Both the position numbers and the translations under genes were made by a program. Shown piece by piece: positions 1-16,405 of a stretch of DNA of 17,596 bases; within the stretch, counting starts at the first letter, position 1, and every line of letters begins with the position of its first letter. The notes below the pieces were generated by a model. It saw nothing but the letters and a program-made list of their open reading frames with translations, did not search any database and was not told where the DNA came from. This stretch comes from Paramoeba atlantica (taxonomy: Eukaryota; Protista; Discosea). The stretch spans positions 1-17,596 of the forward strand of contig CDRNVI010000244.1 in the NCBI GenBank assembly GCA_977017575.1. The letters are read 5' to 3'.

Positions 1-687
1 CTTATTATAAATGGAAGGAAAACATAGTCCTATTCAATCGTGACTTTTTGTAATGTCTATATTAAGAAAAGAGAGTAAAAACAGATTTGAATTGAGTTTA
101 AAAGGTCAATCTCAGTTTTGTTTGGATCTCTTTTCATTGAAAAATATCTCGGACATTTTTGTGACATTTTTGCTTGGAGTTTTTGTAACTTCAGACAATA
201 AAATTCAAAAAAAATGTGGGAGTTATTTTTTATTTTGTCTGTTTCAAATTTTGAAACAAAACAAAATTGAATTTGTGAAAGGTGATTTTTTTGTTGATTA
301 AAAAGACAGAAAAAACAACCAACTTCAATTTCTGAATAAGAAAATCATTTTTCTTCTTTTCTTTTTTTTCTTTTCCTTTTCTGGAAATAAAAAAAAAATA
401 AAATGAATTATCTTTTTCTTTCAGTTTATTTCTCTCTCTTTTGAAAACTTGGAAACAGAATACATTTGTTTGTTTCAAACTATTTCATGAAGAGGTTCAA
501 TGAGAAATTGCAAAGAGGATTTCTTTGTTGGAAAATTGAATTCTAACAAAAAACAAAAAACTTATTTTTTTGATAACAAAAAATTAATGAAATACTTTGA
601 ATTCTTTTCGAAGATGTTTTTTTCTTTTTTCCCAATTGGGGGGGAGAAGAAAAAAATAGTCTTTTTTTTTTTGGAAAAAAAAATAGT
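1..687 (+). other. 5' ETS / upstream spacer of the rDNA unit
   Basis: AT-rich non-coding DNA directly before the 18S start. Ends in two imperfect hairpins (T-rich CCC-AATT-GGG A-rich, and T-run GG A-run). Confidence 0.7.
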
Positions 688-1987
688 TATCTGGTTGATT
701 CTGCCAGTAGTCATATGCTTGTCTTAAAGACTAAGCCATGCATGTCTAAGTATAAACACTTGTACTGTGAAACTGCAAATGGCTCATTAAATCAGTTATA
801 ATTTATTTGATGGTCCTTTATTTTACTACTTGGATAACCGTGGTAAATCTAGAGCTAATACATGCATAAAATCCTAACTCCTTTGAGAGAAGGGATGTAT
901 TTATTAGATACAAAAACCAATGCAATCCTTTGGGGTTGGTTAACATTATGGTGAATCATGATAACTTTACGAATCGTATGGCCTTTTGTGCTGATGATAG
1001 TTCATTCAAATTTCTGCCCTATCAACTTTCGATGGTAGTATAGAGGACTACCATGGTGGTAACAGGTAACGGAGAATCAGGGTTTGATTCCGGAGAAGGA
1101 GCCTGAGAAACGGCTACTACTTCCAAGGAAGGCAGCAGGCGCGCAAATTACCCAATCCCAACACGGGGAGGTAGTGACAAAAAATAACAATACCAATTCA
1201 TTATTTTGATTTGGTAATTGGAATGAGTACAATCTAAACCCCTTAACAAGTAACAATTGGAGGACAAGTCTGGTGCCAGCAGCCGCGGTAATTCCAGCTC
1301 CAATAGCATATATTAAAGTTGTTGCAGTTAAAAAGCTCGTAGTTGGATTTAAGAGTTTTATAGTTTAATCCATATGGTTTTTCATATGTGTTTTATTAAA
1401 TTATATTCTCTAAATATTTTATTAGATATTCATTATTGCACTTAATTGGGTGATAATTTGATTTTCTTTCGGGAGAGTCAGTGTTTATTGGACCTTTATT
1501 AGTAAGATTGTGGATATAAATTCTCTTTGGAGTTTGTGTTCTGCTTATTAATAAAACTGATAAATAGAATTCTAATTCATTTACTTTGAGTAAATTAGAG
1601 TGTTCAAAGCAAGCAAAATAATAAAAATGTTGCAATGAATACTATTAGCATGGGATAATGGAACAAGACATTGGATCTATTTTATTGGTTTTTTAGAACT
1701 AATGTAATGATTAAAAGGGATAGTTGGGGGCATTAGTATTTAATTGTCAGAGGTGAAATTCTTGGATTTATGAAAGACTAACTTCTGCAAAAGCATTTGT
1801 CAAAGATGTTTTCATTAATCAAAAACAAAAGTTAGGGGATCGAAGACAATCAGATACCGTCGTAGTCTTAACCATAAACGATGCCGACCAGGGGTTGGAA
1901 GACGTTTTATTTTGAATAAAGATGACTCCTCCAGTACCTTTTTACAAGAAATCAGTAAGTTTTTGGGTTCTGGGGGGAGTATGGTCA

Positions 1988-2029
<42 letters not shown>

Positions 2030-2796
2030 AAGTGGAGCCTGCGGCTTAATTTGACTCAACACGGGAAAACTTACCAGGTCCAGACACAGTTAGGATTGAC
2101 AGATTGAGAGCTCTTTCTTGATTCTGTGGGTGGTGGTGCATGGCCATTCTTAGTTGGTGGAGTGATTTGTCTGGTTAATTCCGATAACGAACGAGACCTC
2201 AGCCTACTAATTAGTTGTATTAATAATAACATTTATGAGGGTTTTTAGTTAAATGGATTTTGTTAACGCTTAATTTGTTTGCTAAGAAAACTCGTTTTTA
2301 TTGATATTAAAAAAGATTTATTCTTTTAAACTTCTTAAAGGGACACTTGGTGTTTAACCAAGGGAAGTTTGAGGCAATAACAGGTCTGTGATGCCCTTTA
2401 GATGTTCTGGGCTGCACACGTGCTACACTGATACAATCAACAAGTACAAAAGGCCTTGGCTGAAAAGTCACACTGATCTTTTACAAGGTTAGCATTTTTG
2501 GGTAAACTTTTGAAATTGTATCATGCTGGGGATCAATACTTGCAATTATTTATCGTGAACGAGGAATTCCTAGTAAGCACAAGTCAACAGCTTGTGCTGA
2601 TTACGTCCCTGCCCTTTGTACACACCGCCCATCGCTGCTACTGATGGTTGGTCCGGTGAAATCTTAGGATTAGAAGCAGTTACTTATTGATTTCGGTTAA
2701 TAAGTTTGTTTTTGAGAATTTGAGTAAACCTTGCCAACTAAAAGAAGCAAAAGTCATAACAAGGTATCCGTAGGTGAACCTGCGGATGGATCATTA
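688..2796 (+). rRNA. 18S rRNA: 18S (SSU) rRNA, about 2.1 kb, probably a decaying copy
   Basis: Starts TATCTGGTTGATTCTGCCAGTAGTCATATGCTTGTC. Contains GTGCCAGCAGCCGCGGTAATTCC and AAACTTAAAGGAATTGACGG. Ends TAGGTGAACCTGCGGATGGATCATTA. Many CG>CA/TG changes at conserved sites. Confidence 0.98.
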
Positions 2797-3005
2797 ATAT
2801 TATTTCTTTATTAATCTTCTTTTCTTTTCAAAAACTTATTTTGAAAAAGTGAAAATGTGTTTAAACTTTTTAAAATGTATTTTAACATGTTTTTATTGTT
2901 ATTTAAACTTTTTTTTGATATTTTATTTGTATCAAAAAATGTTCAAAATTTCATTCATTTGATAAAAATTAAAATGAAAATAAAACAAAACAACAAAAAT
3001 AAAAA
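2797..3005 (+). other. ITS1
   Basis: AT-rich spacer between the 18S end and the 5.8S start. Confidence 0.9.
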
Positions 3006-3164
3006 ACAACTTTTAACAATGGATATCTTGGTTCTCGTAACGATGAAGAACGCAGCAAAATGCGATACGTAATGTGAATTGCAGAACTCAGTGAATCATC
3101 AAATCTTTGAACGCATATTGCACTTTTAGGTTTTATCCTAAGAGTATATTTATTTGAATGTCAT
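3006..3164 (+). rRNA. 5.8S rRNA: 5.8S rRNA
   Basis: ACAACTTTTAACAATGGATATCTTGGTTCTCG...CGATGAAGAACGCAGC...GTGAATTGCAGAA...GTGAATCATC...TTTGAACGCA motifs. Ends are approximate. Confidence 0.96.
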
Positions 3165-3476
3165 TTTATTCTTTATTTTTTTAAAATTATTTTAATATTT
3201 TTTAAAGAGATTCTATTGAGAAACTATTTTCTTTTTATTGAAAATGAAATACTTTCTTAAAAATAATACCAAATCTTGAAAAAGTAAAAAGATACTAAAA
3301 AAAAGAAAAAATTAATCGAATTTCAAATTCAATTCTATTTTTTTTTTTGAAAAAATAGTAAAAAATAATAAATATCTTTATTTATTATTTTTCTTTTTTT
3401 CAAAATTGAAATAAAATGTGTTTTCAAATTCAATTTTTTATTCTCCTTTTTTAGTTTATTCTTTCTTTTTTGATTG
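3165..3476 (+). other. ITS2
   Basis: AT-rich spacer between 5.8S and the GACCTCAAAT start region of 28S. Confidence 0.88.
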
Positions 3477-6816
<3,340 letters not shown>

Positions 6817-6943
6817 ATTTAAAAAAAAATAAAAATAAAAAGAAAGAAAATATATACTAAACAAAATGAAAAAAAAACATTCTTTATTTCAATCAACCAA
6901 AGGATTACAAAACAAAAATAAAGATTCACTTAAAACTCCTACT

Positions 6944-9301
<2,358 letters not shown>

Positions 9302-9487
9302 TTTTCAATTTAGAAAAGTGGAAACCAAAAAATAAACCAAAAATTAAAAATTTTGAAAATAGACCCAATTTTTTGAAATAAAATTCTTTATTTGTATAAA
9401 TAAAATTTCTTTATTTATACATTTCCTTATATGGTTTTTACAAAAATTTCTTTTTCTTTCTCAAAAAAAATATCTTAAAAAAAAATT

Positions 9488-10430
9488 AAAAATGTTAATT
9501 GATTAAAAAGTATTAATTTTTTAAGAAATATTTATTTTTTAAAAAGTATTAATTTTTTAAGAAATATTAACCATTTAAAAAGTATTAACTTTTTAAGAAG
9601 TGTTAATCTTTTGAAAAGTGTTAACCTTTTGAGAAGTATTAACTTTTTGAGAAGTGTTAACCTTTTAAGAAGTGTTAACTTTTTGAAAAGTGTTAACCTT
9701 TTGAAAAGTGTTAACCTTTTGAAAAGTGTTAACCTTTTGAAAAGTGTTAACCTTTTGAAAAGTGTTAACTTTTTGAAAAGTGTTAATCTTTTGAAAAGTG
9801 TTAATCTTTTGAGAAGTGTTAACTTTTTAAGAAGTGTTAACCTTTTGAAAAGTGTTAACCTTTTAAGAAGTGTTAACCTTTTGAAAAGTGTTAACTTTTT
9901 GAGAAGTGTTAACTTTTTGAAAAGTGTTAATCTTTTGAAAAGTGTTAACCTTTTAAGAAGTGTTAACCTTTTGAGAAGTGTTAACCTTTTAAGAAGTGTT
10001 AACTTTTTGAAAAATGTTAACCTTTTGAAAAGTGTTAACCTTTTGAAAAGTGTTAACCTTTTGAAAAGTGTTAACCTTTTGAAAAGTATTAACTTTTTGA
10101 AAAGTGTTAACCTTTTGAAAAGTGTTAACCTTTTGAGAAGTGTTAACCTTTTGAGAAGTGTTAACCTTTTGAGAAGTGTTAACCTTTTCAAAAGTGTTAA
10201 CCTTTTGAAAAGTGTTAACCTTTTGAAAAGTGTTAACCTTTTGAGAAGTGTTAACCTTTTGAAAAGTGTTAACCTTTTGAGAAATGTTAACTTTTTGAGA
10301 AGTATTAACCTTTTAAGAAGTGTTAACCTTTTGAGAAGTATTAACTTTGAAAAGTATTAATCTTTTGAGAAGTGTTAATCTTTTGAGAAGTATTAATCTT
10401 TTAAAAAGTATTCATTTTTTAAGAAATGTT
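9488..10430. repeat. Tandem array of about 50 near-palindromic 18-bp units, consensus AAAAGTGTTAACCTTTTG
   Basis: The 6-aa periodicity of track ORFs (LLKSVN, KRLTLL) gives an 18-nt period. GTTAAC core flanked by AAAAG and CTTTT. Units degenerate toward both edges; no spacers. Confidence 0.95.
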
Positions 10431-10437
10431 ACTCATT

Positions 10438-10460
10438 AATAAATTTTACTTGAGGATTGA
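10438..10460 (+). repeat. 23-nt motif AATAAATTTTACTTGAGGATTGA shared with the 28S 3' flank
   Basis: 22/23 identical to 11864-11886 (AATAAATTTTACTTGAGGGTTGA), same orientation. Confidence 0.75.
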
Positions 10461-11025
10461 GTATATTTTATTATTTTTATTTATTATTTTTCAATATTTG
10501 TATTTTTTTAATTATACTTTGCTAATAATTTAACTATTTTTGTTAAATCAATAAAAAATATAATTTATAAAATTTAATCTTTTATTTTTTTATAAATTAA
10601 TGCTTATAGTTTAGTTGTAAATTTAATTATGTTTAACCTTAAGGGTATAAGTTCAAATTTTAGTTTTTTTAATATTATAAAAAAATTTTTTAGTATTATA
10701 AAGTAATTTGATTGAAATGAAGAACTTTTAAAAAAGTGTGAAAATCAAAACAAATTACATTTCAACTCTATTTGCTAAAAAGTTGAGAATAAATTTCCTT
10801 GAAAAGAACTTTGAATTATTTTTTTTTTTGATATACATCCTTTATCCTAAACTTGTAGAAGTTCTAAAGTTCAATATAAAGAATAACTAAACTAAATTGA
10901 AGTTTAAAACTTTATTTCTTATTAAAAGGTTAAAAACAAATATAATTTAATATAATTCAAATGGTTTAGATTAAAAACTACTAATTAAATAAAGTTTGTT
11001 TCAAAAAAAAGAAGAAAAAAAAGCA

Positions 11026-11031
11026 TCGAAG
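11026..11031. repeat. Right copy of target-site duplication TCGAAG
   Basis: AAAAGCA-TCGAAG-CGACGTTGC at the right junction. Confidence 0.9.
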
Positions 11032-11038
11032 CGACGTT

Positions 11039-11076
<38 letters not shown>

Positions 11077-11118
11077 CGAAGCAGAATTCGCCAAGTGTTG
11101 GATTGTTCACCCACTAAT

Positions 11119-11166
<48 letters not shown>

Positions 11167-11730
11167 TCTACTGATGAATTGACTACATTCTTTTTGTTTT
11201 CGTGATAGTAATCGAACTCAGTACGAGAGGAACCGTTCGTTCAGATAATTGGTAAATGCAGTTGTTTGATCAAACAGTGCTGCGAAGCTACCATCTGTCG
11301 GATTACGGCTGAACGCCTCTAAGCCAGAATCCTTGCTAATTAAACGATGACACTCCTTTACAACTTTGAAATTTATTTCGTTTTCCTGTTATTTTACATG
11401 AGTAACAATAGATACTAGAAGATGCATAGCATAGAATACTTTCTATTTATTAATCTTTCGGGGTTAATTAAATGTTGGTGTTTTACCTTTTAGTATCCAA
11501 TACCTTAAAAACTCTATTCAATTTTAGAATAGTGGTGTGGGGTTGCCAGGTTTAGAAGCTCGAGTCATCGCTTTTTTATCCTACGAACCCTGGAAAAGAA
11601 TTCCAAAATAATTCAGGAAAATACAAATCCTTTGTAGACGACTTAAATACGAACGAGGAATTGTAAGAGGTTGAGTAACCTTGTTGTTACGATCCTCTGA
11701 GATTAAGCTCTTTTAGTTCGAGCGATTTGG
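11032..11730 (+). rRNA. 28S rRNA: 28S rRNA, 3' part
   Basis: CTTCGATGTCGGCTCTTCCTATC; GAGCTGGGTTTAGACCGTCGTGAGACAGG; sarcin-ricin loop AGTACGAGAGGAAC (11220-11233); terminal GAGATTAAGC...GATTTG. End is approximate. Confidence 0.96.
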
Positions 11731-11863
11731 TTTTTTATTTTAAAAAATAATAACTATTTTTTATTATTTTTTCTTTTTTAACTTATTTTTAACTTGAGGT
11801 AACAGATATATTTACTCCGCTCATCCCTCCCTCATCCCTCTCTTCTTCCCCTCTCATTTTTTC

Positions 11864-11886
11864 AATAAATTTTACTTGAGGGTTGA
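11864..11886 (+). terminator. Candidate Pol I termination / 3' ETS signal (second copy of the 23-nt motif)
   Basis: About 135 bp past the 28S end, after T-rich tracts. Function is inferred from position only. Confidence 0.25.
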
Positions 11887-11984
11887 TTATATCCGACTAT
11901 CTTTATTTGTTGTTTTTCTATATTTGTATTCTCTCCCTTTTTCCTTTTTTGGTTTTTTTTTTCCACTTGTTCCTTCTCTGCCCC

Positions 11985-12056
11985 TCTTCGTCTCGTCTCA
12001 TGGCAACCTGTCCACCTTCCAAGCAGACACACTGGGTTCAATTCCTAGGTAGTACA
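11985..12056 (+). pseudogene. Degenerate tRNA-Gly(TCC)-like sequence
   Basis: CTTCCAAGCAGA anticodon arm (TCC at 12018-12020), T-arm CTGGG-TTCAATT-CCTAG with B-box, T-run after 12057. Acceptor stem and 5' anticodon stem do not pair. Confidence 0.55.
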
Positions 12057-12198
12057 ATTTTTTTCAAGTGGTACTCATAATTTCTCTCTCTTTCTCCTCT
12101 AATTCTGGAATTCACTTTGATGTCCTTTTGATCACCTCTCTTTCTCCATTTCATTCTCTCCTTTTCTGTTGTCTTTTTATCTTTTATTTTCCTTTAAC

Positions 12199-12290
12199 AC
12201 TTTGAATTCTTTTTGAAGATGTTTTTTTCTTTTTTCCTAATTGGGAGGGAGAAGAAAAAAATAGTCTTTTTTTTTGGAAAAAAAAATAGT
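12199..12290 (+). repeat. Direct duplicate of the 18S-proximal ETS (594-687)
   Basis: ACTTTGAATTCTTTT(C/T)GAAGATGTTTTTTTCTTTTTTCC...TTGGG...GAGAAGAAAAAAATAGTCTTTT...GGAAAAAAAAATAGT in both places, differing by a few substitutions and homopolymer lengths. Confidence 0.9.
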
Positions 12291-12372
12291 AAGATTCTGG
12301 TAAGGTTTTTTCCTTCTTTGTGAACTGATAAAGTCCCAGCAGTCACCAAAAAAAAAAAAAAAAAAAAAAAAA
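12291..12372 (+). mobile_element. Very short poly(A)-tailed retroelement 3' end
   Basis: GTAAGGTTTTT...CAGTCACC followed by A25 (12348-12372); shares both motifs with the tail at 13883-13949. Confidence 0.6.
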
Positions 12373-13918
12373 TTCACTACAATAAATGGAATATGCTGTC
12401 CAGTCGTGAATGGTACAAAATCTGCATTTCTCAACCTGAAATCTCACTGGATGCTGTTTGCTTAGTTAGACTGAGAATAGGTTGCTACTGGACAGCTAAA
12501 AGATTGGCTGATTGTAGGCTTATTGAAGAGAGGTTTAAAACAACAACTTGTCCAATGTGCAACAATAGTACTGGAAAGGTTGAAACTCCATATCATATGA
12601 TATTTGAGTGCTCAAGATGGAATGAATATCGAAATGATATTCAAGGGCTTCTCTCTAAAGTTAAACAAGAAGCTCAACGCTAGATTCGAGTTGAGCACAC
12701 TAAAAGGAGAGAATTGGGTCATTCTGACTCTAGGGTGGAATCTGGATGGGGAAACCTGATACTGTGGATCTTCTCTGTGTCTGAATTTCCTTTTTTGGGA
12801 AAGGTTTTTTCCTTGAAAGCTCCTTGAATTATCTCCCTCTTCGTGGGCCTAGAAATGAATCTAGAGTTTTTTCTAGTGCACTAAATGTTAATTCAACCAT
12901 CTTATGTTGATGATTAACTCCAGGTTAATCAATTCTGCTCTTGAAATAAGAAGGATGCTCAAGAGTGTCTCTAAAATAACTCCTGATAATTTAAGAGACA
13001 ACCATAAAGAGAAATCTTTACCCTTTATTTTGTAAGAAGTTTATTAGTTATTCTTCTCAGTGTAATTCCAAAGTTGATTTGTTGGATATTTCAAAATTGT
13101 TTTATTTCATCAGAAAAGAATGGAAATCAATGAATAAAACAAATATTTTAGATCTTTAAAGAATTCATATTATCTTATTAGACTGGTCTTTATTTTCTTT
13201 CAATAAATAAAGGATTGATTTTTTTTATTAAATGAAAGACATCTTTTTCTGCATCCCTTTATACTCCTTTTCAAAATATTATTAAAGGTTTTCACTAAAA
13301 AGATAAATTCTTCTTTTCAAAAAGAACATTCAACCAAAAAAAGGAATAATGAGCAATAAACTCTGATAAAGATGTGTGCTATGTAAAGATTTGGTGAGTT
13401 GAAAAAACCTCCTTCTAAATTTTGGGTGGAGGTTTTTCCTCTTTATGATCATTAAGAATAAGCAAATGTGACAAAAGATTTACCCTCTTTTATTATTCTT
13501 CACAATGATGAAAAGAGTAAAATGTAAGATGAAGAAGGTGTTTTAACTAAGATTTAAATCATCTTTGTGCCAATGAGAGGATTTCTTATGGGAGTATATT
13601 TATTTCAGGTGGGCCAAAGCTAGAAATGGTATGGCAGGGCGGGTACTGCCCAAGCACACCTTTTTAGATGGGGTAATGGAGTCTAAAAAGGGTTATCTAC
13701 TTGGAGATAGTGAGTTTTTTAGTGGGTGAAACTCCCACACTACCCTCCTGCAATTTTAAAGCTGGTTTTCTACTCTCAGAGGGAAAATTGGTGGCAAAGG
13801 GTGCCCACCTGGCCAATTGAGACTGCTTAGTGGGTTGGTACTAAGCCTATTAGATTTGAATAATAGATAATTGAAAAATTCCAGTAAGGTTTTTCTCACA
13901 AAAGTGGATAACAGTCAC

Positions 13919-13949
<31 letters not shown>
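12373..13949 (+). mobile_element. 5'-truncated non-LTR retrotransposon remnant; internal continuity uncertain
   Basis: Starts with an RT-type C-terminal zinc-knuckle ORF; has a GC-richer hairpin region at 13630-13850; ends CAGTCACC plus A30 (13920-13949). Confidence 0.6.
12393..12683 (+). pseudogene. LINE ORF2 C-terminal CCHC zinc-knuckle fragment
   Basis: LRIGCYWTAKRL...CPMC-x8-ETPYHMIFECSRW..YR matches the C-x2-C...E-T-x2-H-x3-E-C motif found after the RT domain of non-LTR elements. No RT core motifs in the window. Confidence 0.8.
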
Positions 13950-13952
<3 letters not shown>

Positions 13953-14579
13953 AGGTATTCCCTCTACCAATGTTCCTCCATGCCTGTGGAGTCAGCCATT
14001 GCAATTTCGAAAGCTGATGCTCAGTGGAATCATGTTTTTACACATGCCCAACCTGGAGAGAGCTACTTTGTTAATGGAATGTGAAAATTGATGGGGATGT
14101 CTTGGCTGTGCAGAGAAGTTGACTCTCAGATTGTTGAAGAAGAACTTCCCTTCCTTTCAGAAGATCTGACAAAATATTGCTATTGGCAAGTTCTCTCAAA
14201 AGGGGATGACCAATTTGAATTGCCCTTTGTACTTGACAAGAAAAGCCAAAGCCTCATTTTGAAATTGCAATCCACTTTTGCTCTGCTGAAAGTACATGAA
14301 TTAAATGTTATTCATGCCCCTCCTGTGGAGTCCCCCTTTGAGGTGTTGCAAAAATGAGTACAACACAAAGAAGTGACCTACCAGGGCTGCACCAAAGATA
14401 TTTTATTTGGTTTGTTGACAGGAAAAAACATCAAATTTCATCAGGGTGATAATAAGTCTGTCTTGGTTGAAGCTCTTTTAAAGGATGATTTTCCTAAGTT
14501 CTTTGAAAGACCCACCCCTCTCTCTTCCCCTGAGGTCTTTGACCAATTCTCCAACCTCGATTTTTCTCTCCCTGGTTGA
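13950..14579 (+). pseudogene. Decayed or 5'-truncated gene of unknown product
   Basis: One frame runs from the poly(A) end through track ORFs 14088..14357 and 14373..14579, broken only by TGA (14082, 14355, 14577). Confidence 0.55.
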
Positions 14580-15258
14580 AAGTTGGTGTTTTTGTGATGC
14601 TTTTTGCCTGCATTTTGCTTGCATTTTTTTTGAATGAATTCTATTTTGTTTTAAGAATCCTATGCTTTTTTTATTTTTCAAGAATCTTGTTTTTTTCAGT
14701 TTTCTGAGATGTCTATCAAATGAAAGTGTTTGAAAGCTGTCCTTTGGATGACCACAACAAGTCTTTAAGTTGAAAGTTGGAAAAAAACTAAAAAAGGAAT
14801 TATCTTTTTGATTCAAAAAAGTTCAAACTTTTTTTTATTTCCAATTTTAGAATTTTAATTTTGATTCTACTTTCCAAAATTGGAAAAAAAAAGAAGAAAA
14901 AATGTAACAACTGAACTTTTTTTTTTCAAATTTTTGAACTTCAAGAAAAGTTCAAAAAGGTCCATACCTGAATTTTGTTCTTTTTCATAAAAGTTTATTT
15001 TCTCATAATTTTTAATAATTAAGAGGAGTTTTTAAAAAGTAGTATATTTTTTCAAATTCTTCTGAATCAAAAAAGAGTTTGTGACATTTTTTTCTCTCTC
15101 TTTTTTGCTGATGTTACATTCCTCAATGAGTTTTTGTTTTGGTCCATACCTAAAATTTTCAAACTTTTTTCTTTGAATTTCTTGAATTTTGTTCCCTTCA
15201 CCAGAGAAATAACATTTTTACTTTTTTTTGGTTTTTTGGTTCTTTGAATTGGCTGTTG

Positions 15259-15317
15259 GTTGATTTTGTGGAGGTTGATTCTGTGGAGGTTGATTCTGTG
15301 GAGGCTGATTCTGTGGA
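15259..15317. repeat. Four copies of a 15-bp unit GTTGATTCTGTGGAG
   Basis: Visible tandem repeat; would read STEST on the minus strand. Confidence 0.85.
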
Positions 15318-15380
15318 AGACCACCTCTCACAAAAACATCCCACTTCAGGTTCTTTTTTCAATTTCTTTTTTGTTTTGAA

Positions 15381-16270
15381 ATGAGTTCTCCAAGGAGAGT
15401 ATGGACAAAAAGTGAAAATGATGATTGGAAAAAGCTCATTCACAAGGAGTAAAAAAACAAAAAACCTTTCACCCATGAACAACTGAAAGCAAAGTTCCCC
15501 AACACAACTGCTGGGTTGCTCCAGGCCAAACATTGTGTTATGCAAAACAAGATGAAGGACAAGGAAGATATTGATTTATCTTTGTATGTACCTGAAGCAA
15601 AAGCAGCAGGTTTCTTTGATTTTTTTTTCTTTTTTCAACACTTCTTTAATTTAATTTTAAATAGGAAAAAGAAAATTGTCAGAATCAGCAACAAAAACAA
15701 TCAAGACACTTTCCCAACTTCATGAGAAAGTAACAAAAAAAAACCAAAAGTGAACAATGACTCAGAAAGTGATGAGGAGAGTGAGTGTGATGTGGAGAGT
15801 GAGCATGATAATAGCTCCTTCCCTGAAAAGGTTCCTCAACAGTGACAATCATTCTCCAAAACTTCTTCCAAAAGTGCTTTAGTGACTGGAACAGAAGCAT
15901 TGAAGGTGGGTTCTTCCCCTGACCAACTGAATCCAATTGAATTCTGAAGAAGAACAAATTAATTTATGTTCTTTTTTGTCGAATCACTGGAATTTCTGAT
16001 CTTTGATTTGAAGTTCAACAACATGCATTCACAATTTTGTTTTCTCTGCCAGTTCTTTACTCTGATGAGATTAAGGATATTGATGGTTTACAATATGAAA
16101 ATCTGGAAAATCTTCTTGAATCAGAGGAGAAACATTGGATGTATCAATTGCCTTCTTCTGTTCAGCTTTACACTGACCCTCAATTTGTCCAGAAGATTGA
16201 TTCAACCAATTTTCTTGGCTTTGCTGCTCCTGTGATGGAGAGGTCCTCTGGAGTGGGGCTTCACTTTTAA
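15381..16270 (+). pseudogene. Myb/SANT-like domain gene, disrupted
   Basis: MSSPRRVWTKSENDDWKKLIHKE*KNKKPFTHEQLKAKFPNTTAGLLQAKH is Myb-like. TAA at 15450; 55-nt GT..AG intron 15610-15664; acidic tract DSESDEESECDVESE; further TGAs and apparent frameshifts before track ORF 16037..16270. Confidence 0.55.
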
Positions 16271-16353
16271 GTTTCAAAAATAAACTTTTCTTTGTTTTTT
16301 TATTTTTTGAAGATTTTTTTGTTGGAAAAGCCCAACTATTGTCCATCTCTAGT

Positions 16354-16372
16354 GCTAAAACCGCGAAACCCA

Positions 16373-16405
<33 letters not shown>

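Noticed and set aside
9532-10360. Track ORFs 9532..10191 (-) and 9611..10360 (+) as proteins
   Set aside because: The stop-free 18-bp repeat opens frames on both strands; the peptides are pure hexad repeats confined to the array.
9488-10430. CRISPR array
   Set aside because: Units are contiguous with no unique spacers, no cas genes are visible, and the context is eukaryotic.
10695-10890. Possible second decayed gene in the right arm of the element (NEELLKKCENQNKLHF...)
   Set aside because: Three stops within about 60 codons and no splice structure or motif I could establish.
12900-13560. Possible decayed ORF inside the retroelement interval
   Set aside because: Multiple stops in the frames I tried on both strands and no recognisable motif; it may be a separate insertion.
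15067-15545. Minus-strand track ORFs around the STEST repeat
   Set aside because: Openness is explained by the 15-bp repeat, A/T runs and antisense overlap with the Myb-like gene; no coherent gene model.
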